Below, piece by piece: positions 53,871-64,000 of a stretch of 64,000 nt of DNA; position 1 is the stretch's first letter, and each line of letters begins with the position of its first letter. Source of the DNA: Eledone cirrhosa. Its lineage: Eukaryota. The DNA lies in NCBI GenBank assembly GCA_964016885.1, contig OZ024744.1, positions 55,924,001 to 55,988,000 of the forward strand. The letters are read 5' to 3'. A program made the position numbers and the translations under genes. Under the pieces are notes generated by a model that saw only the letters and a program-made list of their open reading frames with translations, was not told where the DNA came from and did no database searches.

Positions 53871-56800
53871 TGTGGTCTGAGACTGAACTATATTGATCTG
53901 GTACCTTACATTGACAGCTAGGTGGAGTGTGGTCTGAGACTGAACTATATTGATCTGGTACTGACAGCTAGGTAGACTGTGGTGTGAGACTGAACTATAT
54001 TGATCTGGTACCTTACATTGACAGCTAGGTAGACTGTGGTCTGAGACTGAACTATATTGATCTGGTACTAACAGCTAGGTAGACTGTGGTCTGAAACTGA
54101 ACTATATTGATCTGGTACTGACAACTAGGTGGACTGTGGTCTAAGACTGAACTATATTAATCTGGTACTGACAGCTAGGTGGACTGTGGCCTGAGACTGA
54201 ACTATATTGATCTGGTACCTTACATTGACAGCTAGGTGGACTGTGGTCTGAGACTGAACTATATTGATCTGGTACTGACAGCTGGGTGGACTGTGGTCTG
54301 AGACTGAACTATATTGATCTGGTACTGATAGCTAGGTGGACTGTGGTCTGAGACTGAACTATATTGATCTGGTACCTTACATTGACAGCTAGGTAGACTG
54401 TGGTCTGAGACTGAACTATATTGATCTGGTACTGACAGCTAGGTGGACTGTGGTCTGTGACTGAACTATATTGATCTGGTACTGACAGCTAGGTAGACTG
54501 TGGTCTGAGACTGAACTATATTGATCTGGTAGTGACAGCTAGGTGGACTGTGGTCTGAGACTGAACTATATTGATCTGGTACCTTACATTGACAGCTAGG
54601 TGGACTGTGGTCTGAGACTGAACTATATTGATCTGGTACCTTACATTGACAGCTAGGTGGACTGTGGTCTGAGACTGAACTATATTGATCTGGTACTGAC
54701 AGCTAGGTGGACTGTGGTCTGAGACTGAACTATATTGATCTGGTACTGACAGCTAGGTAGACTGTGGTCTGAGACTGAACTATATTGATCTGGTACTGAC
54801 AGCTAGGTGGACTGTGGTCTGAGACTGAACTATATTGATCTGGTACTGACAGCTAGGTAGGCTGTGGTCTGAGACTGAACTATATTGATCTGGTACTGAC
54901 AGCTAGGTAGACTGTGGTCTGAGACTGAACTATATTGATCTGGTACTGACAGCTAGGTGAACTGTGGTCTGACACTGAACTATATTGATCTGGTACTGAC
55001 AGCTAGGTAGACTGTGGTCTGAGACTGAACTATATTGATCTGGTACCTTACATTGACAGCTAGGTGGACTGTGGTCTGTAACTGACCTATATTGATCTGG
55101 TACTGACAGCTAGGTAGACTGTTGTCTGTGACTGAACTATATTGATCTGGTACTGACAGCTGGGTAGACTGTGGTCTCAGACTGAACTATATTGATCTGG
55201 TACTGACAGCTTGGTGGACTGTGGTCTGTGACTGAACTATATTGATCTGGTACTGACAGCTAGGTAGACTGCGGTCTGAGACTGAACCATATTGATGTGG
55301 TACTGACAGCTAGGTGGACTGTGGTCTGAGACTGAAATATATTGATCTGGTACCTTACATTGAAAGCTAGGTAGACTGTGGTCTGAGACTGAACTATATT
55401 GATCTGGTACTGACAGCTAGGTGGACTGTGGTCTGAGACTGAACTATATTGATCTGGTACTGACAGCTAGGTGGACCGTGGTCTGAGACTGAACTATACT
55501 AATCTGGTACTGACAGCTAGGTGGACTGTGGTCTGAGACTGAACTATATTGATCTGGTACTGACAGCTTGGTGGACTGTGGTCTGTGACTGAACTATATT
55601 TATCTGGTACTGACAGCTAGGTGGACTGTGGTCTGAGACTGAACTATATTGATCTGGTACTGATAGCTAGGTGGACTTTGGTCTGAGACTGAACTATATT
55701 GATCTGGTTCTGATAGCTAGGTGGACTGTGGTCTGAGACTGAACTATATTGATCTGGTACCTTACATTGACAGCTAGGTAGACTGTGGTCTGAGACTGAA
55801 CTACATTGATCTGGTACTGATAGATAGGTGGACTGTGGTCTCAGACTGAACTATATTAATCTGGTAGCTTACATTGACAGCTAGGTAGACTGTGGCCTGA
55901 GACTGAACTATATTGATCTAGTACTGACAGCTAGGTGGACTATGGTCTGAGACTGAACTATATTGATCCGGTACTGACAGCTAGGTAGACTGTGATCTGA
56001 GACTGAACTATATTGATCTGGTACTGACAGCTAGGTAGACTGTGGTCTATGACTGAACTATATTGATCTGGTACTGACAGCTAGGTGGACTGTGGTCTGA
56101 GACTGAGCTATATTGATCTGGTACTGACAGCTAGGTAGACTGTGGTCTGTGACTGAACTATATTGATCTGGTACTGACAGCTAGGTGGACTGTGGTGTGA
56201 GACTGAACTATATTGATCTGGTACCTAACATTGACAGCTAGGTAGACTGTGGTCAGAGACTGAATTATATTGATCTGGTACTGACAGCTAGGTAGACTGT
56301 GGTCTGAGACTGAATTATATTGATCTGGTACTGACAGCTAGGTAGACTGTTGTCTGTGACTGAACTATATTGATCTGGTACTGACAGCTGGGTAGACTGT
56401 GGTCTGAGACTGAACCATATTGATCTAGTACTGACAGCTAGGTGGACTGTGGTCTGAGACTGAACTATATTGATCCGGTACTGACAGCTAGGTAGACTGT
56501 GGTATGAGACTGAACTATTTTGATCTGGTACTGACAGCTAGGTAGACTGTGGTCTATGACTGAACTATATTGATCTGGTACTGACAGCTAGGTGGACTGT
56601 GGTCTGAGACTGAACTATATTGATCTGGTACTGACAGCTAGGTAGACTGTGGTCTGTGACTGAACTATATTGATCTAGTACTGACAGCTAGGTGGACTGT
56701 GGTGTGAGACTGAACTATATTGATCTGGTACCTAACATTGACAGCTAGGTAGACTGTGGTCAGAGACTGAATTATACTGATCTGGTACTGACAGCTAGGT

Positions 56801-59800
56801 GGACCGTGGTCTGTGACTGAACTATATTGATCTGGTACTGACAGCTAGGTAGACTGTGGTCTGAGACTGAACTATATTGATCTGGTACCTTACATTGACA
56901 GCTAGGTAGACTGTGGTCTGTGACTGAACTATATTGATCTGGTACTGACAGCTATGTAGACTGTGGTGTGAGACTGAACTATATTGATCTGGTACCTTAC
57001 ATTGACAGCTAGGTAGACTGTGGTCTGTGACTGAACTATATTGATCTGGTACTGACAGCTAGGTGGACTGTGGTCTGAGACTGAAATATATTGATCTGGT
57101 ACCTTACATTGAAAGCTAGGTAGACTGTGGTCTGAGACTGAACTATATTTATCTGGTACCTTACATTGAAAGCTAGGTAGACTGTGGTCTGTGACTGAAT
57201 TATATTGATCTGGTACCTTACATTGACAGCTAGGTAGACTGTGGTCTGAGACTGAACTATATTAATCTGGTATTGACAGCTAGGTAGACTGTGGTCTGTG
57301 ACTGAATTATATTGATCTGGTACCTTACATTGACAGCTAGGTAGACTGTGGTCTGTGACTGAATTATATTGATCTGGTACCTTACATTGACAGCTAGGTG
57401 GACTGTGGTCTGAGACTGAACTATATTGATCTGGTACCTTACATTGACGGCTAGGTAGGCTGTGGTCTGAGACTGAACTATATTGATCTGGTACTGACAG
57501 CTAGGTGGACTGTGGTCTGTGACTGAACTATATTGATCTGGTACCTTACATTGACAGCTAGGTGGACTGTGATCTGAGACTGAACTATATTGATCTGGCA
57601 ATGATAGCTAGGTGGACTGTGGTCTGAGACTGAACTATATTGATCTGGTACTGATAGCTAGGTGAACTGTGGTCTGTGACTGAACTATATTGATCTGGTA
57701 CCTTACATTGACAGCTAGGTAGACTGTGGTCTGAGACTGAACTATATTGATCTGGTACTGATAGATAGGTGGACTGTGGTCTCAGACTGAACTATATTGA
57801 TCTGGTACTGATAGCTTGGTGGACTGTGGTCTGTGACTGAACTATATTGATCTGGTACTGATAGCTAGGTGGACTGTGGTCAGAGACTGAACTATATTGA
57901 TCTGGTACTGATAGCTAGGTGGACTGTGGTCTGAGACTGAACTATATTGATCTGGTACTGACAGCTTGGTTGACTGTGGTCTGTGACTGAACTATATTTA
58001 TCTGGTACTGACAGCTAGGTGGACTGTGGTCTGAGACTGAACAATATTGATCTGGTACTGATAGCTAGGTGGACTGTGGTCTGAGACTGAACTATATTGA
58101 TCTGGTTCTGATAGCTAGGTGGACTGTGGTCTGAGACTGAACTATATTGATCTGGTACCTTACATTGACAGCTAGGTAGACTGTGGTCTGAGACTGAACT
58201 ACATTGATCTGGTACTGATAGATAGGTGGACTGTGGTCTCAGACTGAACTATATTAACCTGGTACCTTACATTGACAGCTAGGTAGACTGTGGCCTGAGA
58301 CTGAACTATATTGATCTAGTACTGACAGCTAGGTGGACTATGGTCTGAGACTGAACTATATTGATCCGGTACTGACAGCTAGGTAGACTGTGATCTGAGA
58401 CTGAACTATATTGATCTGGTACTGACAGCTAGGTGGACTGTGGTGTGAGACTGAACTATATTGATCTGGTACCTAATATTGACAGCTAGGTAGACTGTGG
58501 TCAGAGACTGAATTATATTGATCTGGTACTGACAGCTAGGTAGACTGTGGTCTGAGACTGAATTATATTGATCTGGTACTGACAGCTAGGTAGACTGTTG
58601 TCTGTGACTGAACTATATTGATCTGGTACTGACAGCTGGGTAGACTGTGGTCTGAGACTGAACCATATTGATCTGGTACTGATAGCTAGGTGGACTGTGG
58701 TCTGAGACTGAACTATATTAATCTGGTACTGACAGCTTGGTGGACTGTGGTCTGTGACTGAACTATATTGATCTGGTACTGACAGCTAGATAGACTGTGG
58801 CCTGAGACTGAACTATATTGATCTGGTACTGACAGCTAGGTGGACTGTAGTCTGAGACTGAACTATATTGATCTGGTACTGACAGCTAGGTAGACTGTGG
58901 TCTGAGACTGAACTATATTGATGTGGTACTGACAGCTAGGTGGACTGTGGTCTGAGACTGAACTATATTGATCTGGTACCTTACATTGAAAGCTAGGTAG
59001 ACTGTGGTCTGTGACTGAATTATATTGATCTGGTACCTTACATTGACAGCTAGGTAGACTGTGGTCTGAGACTGAACTATATTAATCTGGTACTGACAGC
59101 TAGGTAGACTGTGGTCTGTGACTGAATTATATTGATCTGGTACCTTACGTTGACAGCTAGGTAGACTGTGGTCTGTGACTGAATTATATTGATCTGGTAC
59201 CTTACATTGACAGCTAGGTGGACTGTGGTCTGAGACTGAACTATATTGATCTGTTACTGACAGCTAGGTAGACTGTGGTGTGAGACTGAACTATATTGAT
59301 CTGGCACCTTACATTGACAGCGAGGTAGGCTGTGGTCTGAGGCTGAACTATATTGATCTGGTACTGACAGCTAGGTGGACTGTGGTCTGTGACTGAACCA
59401 TATTGATCTGGTACCTTACATTGACAGCTAGCTGGACTGTGATCTGAGACTGAACTATATTGATCCGGTACTGATTGCTAGGTGGACTGTGGTCTGAGAC
59501 TGAACTATATTGATCTGGTACTGATAGCTAGGTGGACTGTGGTCTGAGACTGAACTATATTGATCTGGTACCTTACATTGACAGCTAGGTAGACTGTGGT
59601 CTGAGACTGAACTATATTGATCTGGTACTGATATATAGGTGGACTGTGGTCTCAGACTGAACTATATTGATCTGGTACTCATAGCTTGGTGGACTGTGGT
59701 CTGTGACTGAACTATATTGATCTGGTACTGATTGCTAGGTGGACTGTGGTCTGAGACAGAACTATATTGATCTGGTACTGATAGCTAGGTGGACTGAGGT

Positions 59801-62800
59801 CTGAGACTGAACTATATGGATCTGGTACTGACAGCTTGGTGGACTGTGGTCTGTGACTGAACTATATTGATCTGGTACTGACAGCTAGGTGGACTGTGGT
59901 CTGAGACTGAACTATATTGATCTGGCACTGATAGCTAGGTGGACTGTGGTCTGAGACTGAACTATATTGATCTGGTTCTGATAGCTAGGTGGACTGTGGT
60001 CTGAGACTGAACTATATTGATCTGGTACCTTACATTGACAGCTAGGTAGACTGTGGTCTGAGACGGAACTATATTGATCTAGTACTGACAGCTAGGTGGA
60101 CTGTGGTCTGAGACTGAACTATATTGATCCGGTACTGACAGCTAGGTAGACTGTGGTATGAGACTGAACTATTTTGATCTGGTACTGACAGCTAGGTAGA
60201 CTGTGGTCTATGACTGAACTATATTGATCTGGTACTGACAGCTAGGTGGACTGTGGTCTGAGACTGAACTATATTGATCTGGTACTGACAGCTAGGTAGA
60301 CTGTGGTCTGTGACTGAACTATATTGATCTAGTACTGACAGCTAGGTGGACTGTGGTGGGAGACTGAACTATATTGATCTGGTACCTAACATTGACAGCT
60401 AGGTAGACTGTGGTCAGAGACTGAATTATACTGATCTGGTACTGACAGCTAGGTGGACCGTGGTCTGTGACTGAACTATATTGATCTGGTACTGACAGCT
60501 AGGTAGACTGTGGTCTGAGACTGAACTATATTGATCTGGTACCTTACATTGACAGCTAGGTAGACTGTGGTCTGTGACTGAACTATATTGATCTGGTACT
60601 GACAGCTATGTAGACTGTGGTGTGAGACTGAACTATATTGATCTGGTACCTTACATTGACAGCTAGGTGGACTGTGGTCTGAGACTGAACTATATTGATC
60701 TATTACTGACAGTTAGCTGGACTGTGGTCTGTGACTGAACTATATTGATCTGGTACTGACAGCTAGGTGGACTGTGGTCTGTGACTGAACTATATTGATC
60801 TGGTACTGACAGCTAGGTGGACTGTGGTCCGTGACTGAACTATATTGATCTGGTACTGACAGCTAGGTGGACTGTGGTCTGAGACTGAACTATCTTGATC
60901 TGGTACCTTACATTGACAGCTAGGTAGACTGTGGTCTGAGATTGAACTATATTGATCTGGTATTCACAGCTAGGTAGACTGTGGTCTGAGACTGAACTAT
61001 ATTAATCTGTTACTGACAGCTAGGTGGACTGTGGTCTGAGACTGAACTATATTGATCTGCTACTAACAGCTAGGTGGACTGTGGTCTGTGACTGAACTAT
61101 ATTGATCTGGTACTGACAGCTAGGTGGACTGTGGTCTGAGACTGAACTATTTTAATCTGGTACCTTACATTGACAGCTAGGTAGACTGTGGTCTGAGACT
61201 GAACTATATTGATCTGGTATTGACAGCTAGGTAGACTGTGGTCTGTGACTGAACTATATTGATCTGGTACCTTACATTGACAGCTAGGTAGACTGTGGTC
61301 TGAGACTGAACTATATTGATCTGGTATTGACAGCTAGGTAGACTGTGATCTGTGACTGAACCATATTGATCTGGTACCTTACATTGACAGCTAGGTAGAC
61401 TGTGGTCTGTGACTGAATTATATTGATCTGGTACCTTACATTGACAGCTAGGTAGACTGTGGTCTGTGACTGAATTATATTGATCTGGTACTGACAGAGA
61501 GGTAGACTGTGGTGTGAGACTGAACTATATTGATCTGGTACCTTACATTGACAGCTAGGTGGACTGTGGTCTGAGACTGAACTATATTGATCTGGTACTG
61601 ACAGAGAGGTAGACTGTGGTGTGAGACTGAACTATATTGATCTGGTACCTTACATTGACAGCTAGGTAGACTGTGGTCTGAGACTGAACTATATTGATCT
61701 GGTACTGATAGCTTGGTGGACTGTGGTCTGTGACTGAACTATATTGATCTGGTACTGACAGCTTGGTGGACTGTGGTCTGAGACTGAACTATATTGATCT
61801 GGTACTGACAGCTAGGTGGACTGTGGTCTGTGACTGAACTATATTGATCTGGTACTGACAGCTAGGTGGACTGTGGTCTCAGACTGAACTATATTGATCT
61901 GGTACTGACAGCTTGGTGGACTGTGGTCTGTGACTGAACTATATTGATCTGGTACCTTACATTGACAGCTAGTTAGACTGTGGTCTGAGACTGAACTATA
62001 TTGATCTGGTACTGATAGATAGGTGGACTGTGGTCTCAGACTGAACTATATTGATCTGGTACTGACAGCTAGGTGGACTGTAGTCTGAGACTGAACTATA
62101 TTGATCTGGTACTGACAGCTAGGTGGACTGTGGTCTGGGACTAAACTATATTGATCTAGTACTGACAGCTAGGTGGACTGTGGTCAGAGACTGAACTATA
62201 TTGATCCGGTACTGACAGCTAGGTGGACTGTGGTCTGAGACTGAACTATATTGATCTGGTACTGACACCTAGGTGGACTGTGGTCTGAGACTGAACTATA
62301 TTGATCTAGTACTGACAGCTAGGTGGACTGTGGTCTGTGACTGAACTATATTGATCTGGTACTGACAGCTAGGTGGACTGTGGTCTGAGACTGAACTATA
62401 TTGATCTGGTACTGACAGCTCTGGTGGACTGTGGTCTGAGACTGAACTATATTGATCTAGTACTGACAGCTAGGTGGACTGTGGTCTGAGACTGAACTAT
62501 ATTGATCTGGTACTGATAGCTTGGTGGACTGTGGTCTGTGACTGAACTATATTGATCTGGTACTGACAGCTTGGTGGACTGTGGTCTGAGACTGAACTAT
62601 ATTGATCTGGCACTGACAGCTAGGTGGACTGTGGTCTGTGACTGAACTATATTGATCTGGTACTGACAGGTAGGTGGACTGTGGTCTGAGACTGAACTAT
62701 ATTGATCTGGTAGTGATAGATAGGTGGACTGTGGTCTCAGACTGAACTATATTGATCTGGTACTGACAGCTAGGTGGACTGTAGTCTGAGACTGAACTAT

Positions 62801-64000
62801 ATTGATCTGGTACTGACAGCTAGGTGGACTGTGGTCTGAGACTGAACTATATTGATCTAGTACTGACAGCTAGGTGGACTGTGGTCTGAGACTGAACTAT
62901 ATTGATCCGGTACTGACAGCTAGGTAGACTGTGGTCTGTGACTGAACTATATTGATCTGGTACTGACAGCTAGGTGGACTGATGTCTGAGACAGAACTAT
63001 ATTGATCTGGTAATGACTGCTAGGTAGACTGTGGTCTGTGACTGAACTATATTGATCTGGTACTGACAGCTAGGTAGACTGTGGTGTGAGACTGAACTAT
63101 ATTGATCTGTTACCTTACATTGACAGCTAGCTGGACTGTGGTCAGAGACTGAATTATATTGATCTGGTACTGACAGCTAGGTAGACTGGTGGATTGTGGT
63201 CTGTGACTGAACTATATTGATCTGGTACTGACAGCTAGGTAGCTTGGTGGACTGTGGTCTGTGACTGAACTATATTGATCTGGTACTGACAGCTTGGTGG
63301 ACTGTGGTCTGAGACTGAACTATATTCATCTAGTACTGACAGCTAGGTGGATTGTGGTCTGAGACTGAACTATATTGATCTGGTACTGACAGCTATGTGG
63401 ACTGTCATCTGTGACTGAACTATATTGATCTGTTACTGACAGCTAGGTAGACTGTGGTCTGTGACTGAACTATATTGATCTGGTACTGACAGCTAGGTAG
63501 ATTTTGGTCTGGGACTGAACTATATTGATCTGGTAGCTTACATTGACAGCTAGGTAGACTGTGATCTGTCACTGAACCACATTGATCTTGTACCTTACAT
63601 TGACAGCTAGGTAGTCCGTGGTCTGTGACTGAACTGTATTAATCAGGTACTGACAGCTAGGTGGACTGTGGTGTGAGACTGAACTATATTGATCTGGTAC
63701 CTTACATTGACAGCTAGGTAGACTGTGGTCTGTGACTGAATTATATTGATCTGGTACCTTACACTGACAGCTAAGTAGACTATGGTCTGTGACTGAATTA
63801 TATTGATCTGGTACCTTACATTGACAGCTAGGTGGAGTGTGGTCTGAGACTGAACTATATTGATCTGGTACTGACAGAGAGGTAGACTGTGGTGTGAGAC
63901 TGAACTATATTGATCTGGTACCTTTCATTGACAGCTAGGTAGACTCTGGTCTGAGACTGAACTATATTGATCTGGTACTGATAGCTTGGTGGACTGTGGT
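53870..64000. repeat. Satellite domain IV: more diverged layer repeating the variant order of ~4-21 kb
   Basis: Many private substitutions. Domain I markers reappear at 54.0-55.0 kb, 17-19 kb markers at 55.5-61.4 kb, and domain III markers from ~61.5 kb. Local duplications have offsets of 2398 and 3654 bp. Confidence 0.75.

Larger units (their letters stand above)
2545..64000. repeat. Satellite array of interleaved 50-bp and 57-bp monomers (>61 kb, runs off the window)
   Basis: The 50-mer consensus is TGACAGCTAGGT[A/G]GACTGTGGTCTG[A/T]GACTGAACTATATTGATCTGGTAC. The 57-mer has CTTACAT after GGTAC. All copies are head-to-tail in one orientation and no foreign insertion was seen. The 50-mer is ~46% GC, has G>C on the + strand (15 G vs 8 C) and no CpG in the consensus. 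Confidence 0.99.

Noticed and set aside
4147-57601. Minus-strand ORFs in the array called as genes
   Set aside because: They are translations of the 57-bp unit. Their starts come from chance variants or alternative codons, and they end whenever 50-mers shift the frame. No unique domain or exon context is present.
2545-64000. CRISPR-like array
   Set aside because: There are no unique spacers; the only length variation is one recurring 7-mer. There are no cas genes and the context is eukaryotic retroelements.
2636-64000. Splice-like motifs in the monomer (TACTGAC/TACTAAC, CTAG|GT, minus-strand ATGTAAGGTAC) as recursive or trans-splicing signals
   Set aside because: There is no polypyrimidine tract, the branch-to-AG spacing is too short, and short motifs are trivially multiplied by tandem repetition.

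Overview
Eukaryotic repeat-rich DNA, most likely from an octopus; this is inferred from a degenerate SINE tail at 1-195 and an RTE LINE that both resemble Octopus repeats as I recall them, not from a database search. No intact gene is supported. Bases 1-~2545 are a mosaic of dead retroelements. A minus-strand RTE-clade LINE is split into two pieces (~865-1060 and ~2202-2500). Between them lies a plus-strand, 5'-truncated CRE-like non-LTR retrotransposon (~1061-2204) that retains zinc-knuckle and restriction-like endonuclease motifs. From ~2545 to the window end (>61 kb, roughly 1,150-1,200 monomers) is one uninterrupted head-to-tail satellite. It has two interleaved monomers: 50 bp (TGACAGCTAGGTRGACTGTGGTCTGWGACTGAACTATATTGATCTGGTAC) and 57 bp (the same plus CTTACAT). 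Diagnostic variants show a layered history: an old ~1-1.8 kb higher-order cassette, recent near-identical block duplications (1170, 3018, 3619, 4363, 5460/5353 and 6540 bp), and a super-repeat in which the variant order of ~4-21 kb recurs, more diverged, at ~53.6-64 kb. All ORFs beyond 4 kb are by-products of the 57-bp unit being 19 codons and stop-free in two minus-strand frames. I cannot demonstrate a new protein-based system. The best candidates for follow-up are the structured two-monomer satellite and the nested CRE-in-RTE insertion at its edge.
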